The notes beneath the pieces are model-generated. The model did not search any database. It worked only from the letters and a program-made list of their open reading frames with translations, and was not told the DNA's origin. From Saccostrea cucullata (lineage: Eukaryota): 64,000 nt of DNA. The stretch is from assembly GCF_032062105.1 (NCBI RefSeq), contig NW_026933830.1, positions 372,001-436,000 of the forward strand. Direction: 5' to 3'. Both the position numbers and the translations under genes were made by a program. Position 1 is the stretch's first letter, and each line of letters opens with the position of its first letter. Of the stretch, positions 11,501 through 27,233 are shown piece after piece.

Positions 11501-14088
11501 ATTCATTGTAAGGCTTGTTACGTTTTAAACTAAATACTACTAATAAAAATTAACTTGACTTAATTTGAGGATGGGGAGTAACTTTAGTTACAGAAATGGC
11601 TTTGCAATAAAAAGCCCTTTTAAACAAAATTTTGGTCAGAAAAATATATCTTATTAATTTATTGAAAAAAAAATTGAACAGAGAAAAAGTCTTACACTTT
11701 TTGGCATCATTCTAAGGTTATGGTGAGATCAAAACAAACCATACCTTTTTGACTCTGTAGAATCATGTCATTTTCTTTTTATATCCCCGCAAACGTAGTT
11801 TGGGAAGGTATATAGGAATCACCTTGTCCGTCTGTCCATCTGTCTGTCTGTCCGTCTGTCTGTGCAAACATGTCCGGTCCATATCTTTCTTATGGAGGGA
11901 CATTAGAATCTACTACTCCACACAAAGATTGCCCATGACCCAAGAGTGTGTCATGACCTTGACCCAAGGTCATTTGGGGAACTTCAAGGTCACTGGAAGA
12001 AAAATTTCATAATTCGTGTCCGGTCCATATCTTTCTTATGGATAAACTTGGTAGGTTCTCATTTCACAGAAAGATTGCCCTTGACCCAAGGGTGTGTCAT
12101 GACCTTGACCCAAGGTCATTTGGGGAACTTCAAGGTCACTGGAAGAAAAATTTCATACTTCGTGTCCAGTCAATATCTTTTTTTTTGGTAAACTTGGTGA
12201 TTCTCATTTCACACAAAGATTGCCCATGACCCAAGGGTTTATCATGACCTTGATCCAAGGTCAATTATGGAAGTTCAAGGTCATTGGAAGAAAAATTTCA
12301 TAATTCATGTCCGGTCCATATCTTTTGTATGGATTAACTTGGTAGGTTCTCATTTCACAGAAAGATTGCCCTTGACCCAAGGGTGTGTCAGGGTGTGTCA
12401 TGACCTTGACCCAAGGTCATTTGGGGAACTTTAAGGTCACTGGAAAAAAATTTCATAATTCATGTTTGATACATATCTTTCTTATGGAAAAACTTACTTC
12501 TGAAAAACCCATCAGGGGGTATTTTGTCCCGTTTGGACAGTTCTAGTTTATTCAATTCCCACAAACTTCCTTATGAAGCATAAATAAACATAATTTGAAA
12601 AGTTGTGACCAAAGTGTCAAACATTAAATTTTATTGAAACCGTCATTAAAATCAACTCCTATCAGTACTTTAAATACTTTGAATAGTAGAGGAGATCAAG
12701 CCCGAAGCTTGTATAAGCGATAAATTTTATAAACAAAATATGTTGCGTGAGCGCGCCGACGCGCCGAATACAATTAGCCACCTGTAAAATAAGATTGAAA
12801 ATGTGCAATTACTTTATTTACTCATACTTCCGGTATCTATAAAAGTAAAACATCGATGGTCGGAACTGAAAATTCCGGATTTTATTGACTTTCCATCTCT
12901 CGAACCCTTTGATCTCTCGAACTTTTCTCGCGGTCCCTTGAACTTCGAGAGATCGAGAGTCACCTGTAGATTGGGCCGTGTGAAGATCCTCTTGAATCAT
13001 AGCTCATCATATTAAACATTACATGTATTGATCTCTCTACCTGGAGTGTTGACCCAGTAATGTGGTTCTCTTTGTAGCCTGTACCAAGCGGTTCTTCTGA
13101 TGTTTTCAGCATCACTGTTTATCTCATTTGCATTACAACTGTACGTCCCAATCAGAATCATCTGGCCAAAGATAGAGCATTACCTTGTGTCTAAAAAGAA
13201 GAAGCACTTGGGAGAATATATTCTCAGGATTTTTCTCGTTGTCCTTACAGGTAACTTACAGATAATGTCCTCACAGGTAACATACTGTTAGTTATCCAGG
13301 TCCAATCAAGGGTGTACGGGGATTTACCCTGGATTTTATTCCAAACACCCTGAGGCCGAAGGCTGAAGATTGTATGGAATACAACCCGGGATAAATCCCC
13401 ATACACCCTTGATTGGACCTGGATAACAAATTTATTTTTTTTGTAATCAAATAAACATTCTTTGTAAACATAAGTTTAATGAACGGTATTTTAAGCTATA
13501 AGTAAAGTGTACTTCATGCTACAATGTATCGTGACATCATATCATTTGCTTTTTATCATAGAGAAGCTATGCATTGTAACATCTTATTAGTTATCCAGGT
13601 TCAATCAAGGGTGTACGGGGATTTGGCCTCAGGGTGTATGGAATAAAACCCAGGGTAAATCCCTGTACACCCTTGATTGGACCTGGATAACGAATTTATT
13701 TCCTTTGTACCCCAAAAATGCTTTGTAAACATCAGAGTGTGTCTCTGTCTATCAATAAGATATCTACGTACTACAATGCATCGTGACGTACGTCATATTA
13801 TTTGGTTTTTATCATAGAGAATGTATGCATTGTTACGTTACGTTTTATTTACACCCGGCTCAAGTCGGGTGCATGGATTTTGTGACCAATCAAACCTCTT
13901 GTTACAAGCTACATAGGAAATAATGTGATTTACACTGGGTTCAAGTCGAGTGTATGGAAATTTATTTGTAACCAATCAAAGCTCGTGTTACAAGCTTGAT
14001 AGGAAATAAAGATAATATCAAACGCGGATCCAGAAGCCCCAAAAACAAAAAAAAACAAAAAACTCGCCCAAATGTCAAAAACCTATTT

Positions 14089-14123
<35 letters not shown>

Positions 14124-15479
14124 CCTCAAATCTTTCACTTTTCATACCATTTTCACACCTATTCGCGTTTACCGGGGGGGGGGGTGTCAGTGTTTTCGAA
14201 GGGGGGTCCATGGTAACTTTTTTTCTTGCTTTAGAATATACATTTTTTAACCTTGTAAATTCCACCCCCTTGACCCCCCTCTAGATCTTCGCATGCATAA
14301 AACATACAGATACTCCGGTAAATGTCCTCACAGGTAACATACAGATAAAAATGGCTTTTTCTACACTTTATATTATATACTTGAATAAATAAGAATGAAA
14401 TATTGCACAATTATTAGTAAATCGCATATAGCAAAAGGAATTCAATATTTTTTTTTTATATAGCTAATAGTCTATACCAAAAAAACTGATAAAAATCTAG
14501 AGAATTTTAGGGTTCAATATCTTGGCATTTTATTGAACGCTGAGTTTGTATTATGAGTATGCCTGGAAACATACTGAATACGAGTGTTCAATATCAAATG
14601 CCCAGTTATAAACAAAAAAATGTTGTCTGATCAATCTTGGAAAGGCATTCAAAAAAGATAGCAGCAACCATGCAGGTAAGATGTGTTTATTTTCACACAA
14701 AAATGAAATTTTTGATTTAAAATTTAGCATGTATCAGCCCAACTAAAGCCTAAATAAACAAATAATGTTTTTTAGGTCATATGGAATGATGCGATATTGA
14801 ACACTGACAGGACAGGCGTTAACTTGAATAATGATACTAAAAAAACAAGAGTTATTTAGTTTGAATAATTATTATAATTCATTGGGAAAATGTTTTAGCT
14901 ATATTATATGAAGCAGTTATTGAACTTATATTGGTGAATATTGGCACAAGTTCACTGTAAAAATGTACTAGCAAGCTTGTGTATTTGTACAGCCAACTTG
15001 TGCCAGTATTCACCAATATAAATTCAATTATAACTCTACAATGTCATTAAAACAAATTTGATTACATACATTAGGAGTCTGCTTAAAAATTCAAATATAT
15101 ATAAAATATGTAACACAGTATGTCTAATGTTAAACTAAATCCTGCGTTGTTTTTTTCAGCTATTGTAGCCATAGTGGTTCCGGAGTTGGACTTGCTTATC
15201 TCCCTTGTGGGGGCACTGGCCAGTAGCTCCCTGGCTCTGGTGTTCCCTCCCCTGATAGAAATCCTTACCTACAAAGCGCCCAATGAAAAAATATCTCCCA
15301 TCATCCTCGTAAAAAACATTGTTATAATGTCGTTTGGGATTTTTGGATGTGTGGTTGGAACTTGGATATCTATAGATGAAATTATCAAGAAAAGAAATCC
15401 ACAAACTACAACTCTGATGCCATTTAGTTCTACAACTGCAAATCCTAGACATAATTTAACTTTGTTCAACAGTTCATGA
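2562..15479 (+). CDS. Proton-coupled amino acid transporter, SLC36/PAT family (~516 aa, 9 coding exons)
   Basis: GT-AG exons 2562-2806, 3655-3745, 5394-5482, 5817-5909, 6035-6119, 6916-7191, 7435-7613, 13078-13250, 15160-15479 join in frame (1551 nt). Motifs [73 protein letters not shown]. Probable non-coding first exon ends at 1804 (GTAAGT at 1805). Confidence 0.92.
2782..3245 (+). repeat. Tandem repeat seeded on the SLC36 first-coding-exon end and donor
   Basis: Repeated GCTCCCAGACAG(A/G)CTCAAAATCTC|GTA.GT...AACAGTTAAGTAAACTCA, ~82-bp higher-order unit, ~5.5 copies. Confidence 0.85.
4962..5388 (+). mobile_element. Helentron-associated non-autonomous element (HINE-like)
   Basis: T-rich ends, 5' hairpin TGCCCCCCTTCGAAGAAGGGAGGGCA, GTCT microsatellite seed, two ~165-bp internal units, 3' GGAGGCATAAGTGTTTTACAAACATCTCTTGTT. 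Confidence 0.7.
6107..6790 (+). repeat. 20-bp minisatellite containing the SLC36 exon end and donor (CAAACAG|GTAATGT)
   Basis: About 34 copies of (C/T)AA(T/G)GTCAAACAGGTAATGT starting inside exon 6035-6119. Confidence 0.95.
8353..10104. mobile_element. Fold-back element with TTAA target duplication (Kolobok-like)
   Basis: TTAA at 8349-8352 and 10105-10108. Termini GGAGGAATGCCACACCAACTTTTTATTTTATAGATCT ... AGATCTATAAAATAAAAAGTTGGTGTGGCATTCCACC. Imperfect inverted arms extend ~500 bp. Confidence 0.75.
8898..9533. mobile_element. hAT-family MITE
   Basis: TIR TAGGGATGTCAA ... TTGACATCCCTA with a perfect 8-bp TSD GTTAAAAC (8890-8897 and 9534-9541). Confidence 0.85.
11776..12549 (+). mobile_element. 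HINE/Helentron-like element with ~170-bp internal tandem units
   Basis: T-rich start, GTCT/GTCC microsatellite, four units containing the palindrome ATGACCTTGACCCAAGGTCAT, 3' hairpin TGTCC...GGACA followed by TTCTAGTT. Confidence 0.75.
13291..14017. mobile_element. Unclassified non-autonomous element with duplicated long palindromes
   Basis: GTTATCCAGGTCCAATCAAGGGTGTA ... TACACCCTTGATTGGACCTGGATAAC hairpin at 13291-13427, repeated at 13590-13691 within a ~300-bp tandem duplication. Confidence 0.55.
14915..15035. repeat. Imperfect palindrome (MITE-like)
   Basis: TTGAACTTATATTGGTGAATATTGGCACAAGTT ... AACTTGTGCCAGTATTCACCAATATAAATTCAA. Confidence 0.6.
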
Positions 15480-17156
15480 CAAACACTTCTTGATCTGGGT
15501 GTGAATTTCTCAGTAAGTTTACATCATGTTTTGGACACTTGTTGTTATGCATGGATTTGAGTCCCCTGGTAGAATTTCAACCCTGGGGACTAAAGGTCAT
15601 GACCTCTTGTTTTGTATCAGCTTAATTTTACTTTCAATTTCTTTTTCTGGTGATGCCAGATATTTAAACAAGATCTTATGGTTAATTTTTATCTTTTATG
15701 ATTAAAATTGTCTGTGATGCTGGTCATCATGGACCAATGGTAATGTCCGTTACAATATATGGTCAACTTGGATCCCAGTTATGGACCATTACAATATAGT
15801 CAACTCAGATCACAATTATGGACCAATGGTATGTAGTCAATGTAGTCAACTGAGATCAAAGTAATTTGGGAGGGATGGAAATAAAAGTTTTGTGTTTTTT
15901 CTTTTTATTGTTAGGAGTTTCTTGGTTGTTTTGAATTGTTACAAACTTATAACTGAATTATTATCTTATACCATGTATACCAATTGATTTTATATGTATT
16001 TTATAGAAAATTTCTAGGTGTATTTTTAGTTTTATTAACAATGAAGAAAAATTGAATTTTTCAACGTACATACTCTTATAACATTCCATCAAGTGCATTT
16101 TCCTCAGATGGGACTTTCTTGGTCCAGAGAAATTAAAGTCAGCAATTAGCCATTGGATTACATGTGGCATTAGAATAATTGTAGAAAAGTTACAGGGTAT
16201 TACTTTTGACTTGAGGTTGTCTATAACAATGTTATCTACAGGAAAAAACTTCTCTTTACATGTACTGTGATATTCAAAGAATAAATGATATATTTTCTTT
16301 TCTTGTTTATTTCTGTCAACAATACATATTGAGTTTAATACAACTCCTCAATGGCTCATGAGTAAAAGAGAGTTCAACCATCATCCGAACCTGTATGCCA
16401 AGTTGTATCAAAATCAGACCAAAACTGTAGTAAGAGAAGTGGTTTGAAAGAATGTTACAGAAATATTTATTTATAGGCAGGGGATCAAACAGACCAAAAA
16501 CTGTTTGCCTCTGAATCTTTCATTATGGGGGCATAACACCCCTACTAAATATCCATTTCAAAAGGATTTAAAACACATATACATGGAAGCCAAAGCATGT
16601 GATCTGGAGGAAATTACAATATTTAAGACGGTGCAGTTAAGATTTTTATCCTGCACACCAAGATAAATAAAAAGGCAACATGGTACTGCTGATGTAATGT
16701 TTATGGTGTTTGTTCATAGTTCATCACACTGAAATGAAACACGACAAAGAAAAAAAAATCAGTTGTATCTTAGATCATTAGATAAATGAAAGACATGGTA
16801 CAACCCTATAAAATGGAAGCATCGGTATGCATACCAGTAACTAGCATATTAATCTCCCTTTTAATACAGAACAATCTACAGCACAGTCAGAATCAACTTC
16901 TTAACTTTTTTGACAACCATCAATAATTCTACAGGCTGCTTCAACAAGATTTCTGAGTAGGGTTCTTTTCCTCTTCATTTTATGAAAATGGTTTCCATTT
17001 CCAGCACTCAGATCTAAGATGGGCAGTAAAATGAGTAATACATGTATCTGATATTTGTGTATAAATAATTATTTGTCTGTCTATGGAGCACTATAGATAT
17101 TCTCTCCACTGAAGTTTATTTTGTCACCCCCAGATCCCGTTCTACGATATTAAATG

Positions 17157-17393
17157 TCACCCCTTCACATGTACAAACTGTTCTCCGTAGTAATTAAACA
17201 CTGTCAAGTCGGGCTTCTTTCTTACTACGTCTTCGATCAATTCATCAATTATCTGAAACCAAGGGGAAAAAACTTTCAGTAAAATGGACTTGTTCTCCAA
17301 ATTTTTAATATAAATTTTCACAATAGTTATGACATAAAAATAAACTTATAAACTAAACCTGTGTAGAGATGTACTTATTATTAATGAAAATGA

Positions 17394-17425
<32 letters not shown>

Positions 17426-20400
17426 AAACACTCCAAAATTCTTATGGTAGATGTACAGAGGCCATCAGAAAAGATCTCATTTTAATCAGACTGATGACAA
17501 GTACAAGTTAACAAATAATTCCTATCGTCACTTTCATCACTTACCCTATTACACTGCTGTAGACACTTACCCTATTACACTGCTGTAGACACTTACCCTA
17601 TTACACTGCTAAAGACACTTACCCTATTACACTGCTGTAGACACTTACCCTATTACACTGCTGTAGACTTACCCTATTAAACTGCTGTAGACACTTACCC
17701 TATTACACTGCTGTAGACACTTACCCTATCACACTGCTGTAAACACTTACCCTATTACACTGCTGTAGACTTACCCTATTACACTGCTGTAGACACTTAC
17801 CCTATTACACTGCTGTAAACACTTACCCTATTACACTGCTGTAGACACTTACCCTATTACAGATAGGACACTTACCCTATCACACTGCTGTAGACACTTA
17901 CCCTATCACACTGCTGTAGACACTTACCCTATTACACTGCTGTAGACACTTACCCTATTACACTGCTGTAGACACTTACCCTATTACACTGCTGTAGACA
18001 CTTACCCTATTACACTGCTGTAGACACTTACCCTATCACACTGCTGTAGACACTTACCCTATTACACTGCTGTAGACACTTACCCTATTACACTGCTGTA
18101 GACACTTACCCTATTACACTGCTGAAGACACTTACCCTATTACACTGCTGTAGACACTTACCCTATAACACTGCTGTAGACACTTACCCTATCGTACTGC
18201 TGTAGACACTTACCCTATCACACTGCTGTAGACACTTACCCTATCACACTGCTGTAGACACTTACCCTATTACACTACTGTAGACACTTACTCTATTACA
18301 CGGCTGTAGACACTTACCCTATCACACTGCTGTAGACACTTACCCTATCACACTGCTGTAGACACTTACCCTATCACACTGCTGTAGACACTTACCCTAT
18401 CACACTGCTGTAGACACTTACCCTATCACACTGCTGTAGACACTTACCCTATCACACGTTATTTTATGTAAACCAATAATGTCAAGGACTTCTAAATTCC
18501 TGTCAAAGAAGAGAGATTAGAAAGATACCTGTTATTCAAATAATCAAACAATTATCATGTGTATACAGCGTTATATGTGCTGGTGTTGTACTTGAATTGA
18601 CACAGCAAGGTTAAGTGGAAAAAATGTCCAAAAAAACCCCCTAAAATTTAAGCTAAAATGAGCTAATTCAGCAATTAATTTACAGAAAATGGAATTTCAG
18701 AAATAAGTAGACTGTATTTTGAATGGCATGATTTTGTGAGAATCTAAGCTGTTAAAAGAATCTAATAGATTGTTAACTTCATGACAGCTGTGTGTGATAT
18801 TGACTTTACCTGCAGTGGTCGACAATGGAGATGACCCCAGGGTCAGTGATGTCCCAGCACCAGGACAGGGCCAAATTCTGGAGGGTAGGGCCACAACTGT
18901 ATGTAATATATAATACTCAAAGTTAGTACAGGACAGGGCCAAATTCTGGAGGGTAGGGCCACAACTGTATGTAATATATAATACTCAAAGTTAGTACAGG
19001 ACAGGGCCAAGTTCTGGAGGGTAGGGCCACAACTGTATGTAATATATAATACTCAAAGTTAGTACAGGACAGGGCCAAATTCTGGAGGGTAGGGCCACAA
19101 CTGTATGTAATATATAGTACTCAAAGTTATTACAAGACAGGGCCAAGTTCTGGAGGGAAGGACCACAACTGTATATGATATATAGTACTCAGTTATAACA
19201 ATTAAGAGTAAATCACAAGTTTTATATACACTGTCCTGCATATAGAAAATCTCAACTTTTGACATGAATTAATCTATTCTAAGTGCAATTAAGTATCTCC
19301 TTGTTCTAAATGTAGCATCTTTAGTTTCTTAGGAAATTTCTTTCTCATAAATATGCAGCCTTTCTGTGTGAAATTCCTTAAATTAACAGATCTACACAAT
19401 ATAAAGCTAATTACGAGTTTGATGGAATCTCACCATTTGGTCATCTGGATGACGCAGTCGTTGACGAATTGCGTACTCTCGGAGAAGTCGAGCTCCCCCA
19501 AGTGAGACATGGATTTACAGGTAAACAGAGACAGCAGGCCCTCTGTGGTGAAATACACACCCTTCCTCATCTTCAGGTAGGTCAGGTTCTGTAGAGTCTA
19601 CCATAAATAAAATGAAATTAAAGTAATGGTATATGTACTACATGTATGTGTATACATGTATATAGAATATATTATATGTAGTTTTTTGTTAAGCATCAAA
19701 ATGTGACTTGAAAATTGAATATTGTCTTTGTACAAATTCACATACAAGTATAACTTTTATATACCTGAAGGATCTGACCATTGTATTACATGTACCTGTA
19801 TATACCTGAAGGATCTGATCATTCATATTACCTGTATATACCTGAGGGACGTGGTCATTACCTGTATATACCTGAGGGACTGGTCATTACCTGTATATAC
19901 CTGAGGGACTGGTCATTACCTGTATATACCTGAGGGACTGGTCAGTTAACCCCTCACAGAAGGACACGTGGAGTTTTTTGAGTTTGGCACACCTGGCGAT
20001 GTGGTGGAAACTTTTATCTGAGAGCTCCGCTCCGTCTAGGACCAGTTCCTCTAGATTCTGATGTTGGTTGTCTACTAAGGTGACCACAGCACTGAAACAT
20101 ATATTTTAGGGAATTAAAATCACGCTGCTGTAAATACAAGTTCTTGCCAAAGTGTTTCAGTTTGGAATAGGGGTGTTTTACTGTATTGGCATTATCATGA
20201 AAATACAACCATTCCACAGCCAGAAAGATCCCCTTATTCATCATGTACATTGACAAGTATTTCTAGGTCTTGCACGTAAGTTGGTTATACCATTCAAGAC
20301 AAAATATATATAATTGCCTTTCAAGCTATTGTTAAGCATTTCTGTGTTGTGTTTTTAATCTCCATCTGTAATTAAATGATTTTCATAGCATAACAGCTTA

Positions 20401-21278
20401 AAATTCTTTACATCAACAATAGATAAGCACCTGTCAGAGATCCAGGAAATGCCATCAATATTGAGGGACACAATTCTCTTGACTGCAGAGGCTAGTAAGA
20501 CAATGCTGTCATCTGTCAGGTTACAGTGGGAGAAGTTAAAGCTCCGGAGCCTCTCTCCGCGGGGGAGGGCCGCCGTGACACTGTCGTCCACCGTGTGACA
20601 CCCCTCCACATTGAGCTCTGTAAGTCGTGGACAGTTCCTCACAAAGTACTCAGTCACGGTCCGGTTGACACCAGTACAGAAGCCCAGATTAAGGGATTCC
20701 AGGAGAGGTATATACTGAGAGAAGACCGCCACCTCAGCTGTGCTTAGATCCAGCCTTCCCATCAAGCTTAGTTTTTTGAGTGACGTTGCTCTGGAAATTG
20801 TCCTACATAAGACGGTGGATGGGAGCTCGCACTGTCGACTAAAGTCCAGCTCCTTCCACAGGCTCGGGTCATGACCTGCATCATACCACTGCTTACAAAC
20901 TGGTATCACACAGCGACACAACTCCACTGATGAAAAAAAGCTAAAAATCTTTAAAATTATCTCCCTTGGTAAAGAGTTAAAACAGTTTTCTTGCTCATCT
21001 TGTGTATCACTTGTGTCACCTTGTCTACTACTAAGCTTTTCTGTACTTGAAATCAAGTTTTCTACTTCATTTGATATCACTTTGATGTCGTTTTCTAACA
21101 TTGTTTTTGATCCATCATCAACAGTTGAAGATGCCTCACAAATGCGAAATACTCCTGGACCTACAATGAAATGATTTTCACTGCCATCCTCTTCCAGAAA
21201 ATGAACTATTTCTGTGCGGAGTGAAGACGACTCCTCTCCATCTTGTTCTGGATTTTGTAAACCATCTTCTTCATCCAT
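17157..21278 (-). CDS. F-box/leucine-rich repeat protein (FBXL family, ~472 aa as assembled)
   Basis: Exons (minus) 21278-20431, 20091-19920, 19597-19434, 18896-18810, 18499-18448, 17252-17157 join in frame. F-box LPREIILKIFSFF...VCKQW...LW is followed by Cys-containing LRRs (LNLGFCTGV, LNVEGCHTV, LHVSFCEGLTD, LALSWCWDITD). The penultimate exon may be truncated (see findings). Confidence 0.82.
17538..18457 (-). repeat. 26-bp minisatellite containing an FBXL exon end and donor
   Basis: About 35 copies. The minus-strand unit CTACAGCAGTGT(A/G)ATAGG|GTAAGTGT reads LQQC(N/D)R plus a consensus donor. Confidence 0.95.
18861..19197 (-). repeat. 68-bp tandem repeat of FBXL branch point + acceptor + exon start (5 copies)
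   Basis: The acceptor G sits at 18897, 18965, 19033, 19101 and 19169. Unit TACTAACTTTGAGTATTATATATTACATACAG|TTGTGGCCCTACCCTCCAGAATTTGGCCCTGTCCTG. Confidence 0.92.
19757..19944 (-). repeat. 29-bp tandem repeat of FBXL exon end and donor
   Basis: TGACCAGTCCCTCAGGTATATACAG|GTAA, about 6 copies, decaying away from the exon. Confidence 0.88.
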
Positions 21279-22532
21279 TTTCACATCACTCTTTCATCTT
21301 CCATGAAATCATTTCGTGCTAAATCATCTTTTCAAATCATAATTTTAAAATCTAATGACTAAATTTAACTGTATATATTCACTGAAAAGCAAGAATATAT
21401 GTGTAAAAACTGAATTCTTTAATTTAGATATCTTTCATATTTGGTAGTCAAATGTCAAAACAAAATCCGAGGAAACGTGGAATTTATTCTTAATCAAGCA
21501 TACAAGTGAACTTGACGAACAAATTGTAAATATTAAAACCAGCACACAAAAATTTTTTTCCCGTCTTCATCTTCATAAAATAAAATAAAAGCTAATAAAC
21601 TGTATAATTGAATATTTTATATTTTGAAGAGGATGATATTATTCCTTTCACATAAAATGAATGACAAGGGAATGTCTGAAATACTATATAGTATACTTCA
21701 GGAGGTGTACTGAGCGTCGGAAAGCGGCACGTTACTGCCTCTTCCCCCCCCCCCCCCCCCCCCCCCTTTTAATTTTATGCTAACAATTCTAATACAAAGT
21801 AATGTATTTTAAAACCATGTTTATCACATATAATTTATTTGTTATAAAAATTAAAATTTTTATTCATTTGCTTAAAGTTACGCTCTAAATTGAAAATAAA
21901 ATGTTCTAATTAAGCTATGCATTAACAAAATTAGGGGAGGAAGCTTTTCAATGAACATTAATTAATGATAGTAAAGTAAATCTTTTCAAAAGGGAAAAAG
22001 TTAGATTTTGGAAATACCCATTGATTCAGAATTTTACTTTTAATTAATAAAATTATATTGTAATTTATAAAGTAATTAGGTCTTGTTCTTTATTGATAAG
22101 AAAATATTTTGGAACTAGCAATCAAAGCAATGCCTTAATCAATAATTAGTGGTAATGCAAAACTACAAAAGTCCCATCTAGTGCTGTTAGAATTCCGATA
22201 TAGATTTGCTGATATATATAAAAGCTGGCCATGTTAAAATTATTTTGCAATACTTCCATGACAAATTAAGTCTATAGTAAAATATATTTTGAGAAACAGG
22301 TGAAGAACTTAATTGTAAGTTGCAAGAACTTGTTGTGCCAGAACTTTCAATTTAATTTTGCCCGAAGGGAAAAAGTTATATTTTTAAAATACCCATTGAT
22401 TCAGCGTTTTACTATATATTTTAAAACTAATAAAATTTTAGGATAATTATAATTATTTTTAGGTCTTGCCTATATATTGATGAATTTATATCTGAAAATG
22501 AAAATCTTTCAAAAATTTGAAATCAAAAGTCC

Positions 22533-22713
22533 NNNNNNNNNNNNNNNNNNNNNNNNNNNNNNNNNNNNNNNNNNNNNNNNNNNNNNNNNNNNNNNNNNNN
22601 NNNNNNNNNNNNNNNNNNNNNNNNNNNNNNNNNNNNNNNNNNNNNNNNNNNNNNNNNNNNNNNNNNNNNNNNNNNNNNNNNNNNNNNNNNNNNNNNNNNN
22701 NNNNNNNNNNNNN
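22533..22713. other. Assembly gap (181 N)
   Basis: Run of N. Confidence 1.
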
Positions 22714-22854
22714 AAGCCGCTGGCTATGGTGGAACTGTTAATTGCTAAATTTTAATCAGTTAATTACAGCATGCATAATTATTTTTTTTAAGAGAAAGTG
22801 TCCCTTCAGGTTTAAAGAGATTGTGCGACTCGGGGCCTTCTAACGACCGTAAAA

Positions 22855-23022
22855 TTTCCCAGCCAATGAAAACGTTCCCATGGCAGCATATCAGTTTTTG
22901 ATTCGCCAGCCGCGGGGAAGTGGGTCATAGAGCAATCAGATGCTCAGAATAAATTAAAGTAAGCCGGCCGAGAGAGAGTGAACAGCGCCCATTTTGTAGT
23001 CATCAGTGTTTGAATATTAACC
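22855..23022 (+). promoter_or_regulatory. Probable beta-tubulin core promoter/5' UTR
   Basis: CCAAT (AGCCAAT ~22861), GCAAT and a GC-richer patch directly upstream of the ATG at 23023. Confidence 0.35.
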
Positions 23023-26268
<3,246 letters not shown>

Positions 26269-27233
26269 AGCAATAAAATCCACAAAACAGGAAGTTAACA
26301 CAAGGACCAATTTCTGTCAACACGGCTTTAAGAAATCTCAATGACTTCAGTTTTCTAGTCACTCTCTTCTCTTCTCTGTGATCTGACTTCACACAACTTT
26401 GTGGACATTTTGTGAATCATTTTTACTTTTACACATTGTTTAAAGAGCTTATCATGATTAAAAGTATGAACAGAATATTGATTGATTTGAGTTTTATATT
26501 TTATATTTTTTATGACTAAATTAAAACTTCAGGTGAAATGACCCTCTGCTACAATTACATCTTTTCAGGTCTTTCCAGCAAACTTTAAAAATCCACCTAA
26601 AAAGTATTTACATCACCAGGACTGACCGGGTGATATTTTTAGAAAAAATGGAGTTCCTTCTATTCAATAAAGTATTAGGTGTGTAGCGCTATAGAGTTGA
26701 TTATCTCTTTCGTAGTATATATTATACTTTTATATTTTTTGATCAATATCTACATTCATTGAAGATAAAATTCAGACTGTACAGATTAAAGGTGTGACTG
26801 GGGGGTCATCATTGATACCTTCATAACAAATTCATTGAAGGTTGTTTTTCCACTTGTTAGAAAGGCCCAGGAAGTTGAGATCGCCCTCTGCTAAGGGAAA
26901 TAACTAAGACTGATGGTATTTAGGCCTAAGTAAGTGCTTCTTGAAGAAATATTGATGAATTCTTAAACAACGTGAAAGAATTGACACAAAATTGTGTCTT
27001 CTATCTTGCCAACTTCAGGAAAATGACCCTTAGTTTCTACTATGGCTCCAAACACAAGTGCATATATAAAGATACATGTACTTGATAGGTAGTTTAGGTA
27101 CGGTACACATGACCCCGGGGGTAGACATTGACCAGTAATTTAATATGTCTATTGTATATATATGGGAGGCAAGTTATTATCTGCTGTCACCATATGGCAA
27201 GCAGAGTATTTTTTTGTTATGACCTCATACAGT

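Larger units (their letters stand above)
8001..12966. mobile_element. Tc1/mariner (Tigger/pogo-like) non-autonomous element hosting nested insertions
   Basis: TA flanks at 7999-8000 and 12967-12968. TIRs CAGATGACTCTCGATGGCTCGAA ... TTCGAGAGATCGAGAGTCACCTG, with repeated TCTCTCGAA subterminal motifs at both ends. Confidence 0.7.

Noticed and set aside
11800-12229. Short ORFs inside HINE elements (also 5026-5595, 37511-38085, 55219-55419)
   Set aside because: Chance frames in satellite units with no transposase or Rep/helicase motifs. No autonomous TE is present in the window.
13996-14284. Poly-Gly and poly-Pro ORFs
   Set aside because: They arise from poly-G tracts in a repeat-like intronic segment.
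17538-18457. Regular 26-bp array resembling a CRISPR array (also 6107-6790 and 43568-43925)
   Set aside because: There are no unique spacers or cas genes. These are contiguous tandem copies of eukaryotic exon/intron boundaries.
22477-22755. ORFs containing X runs
   Set aside because: Artefacts of the N gap.
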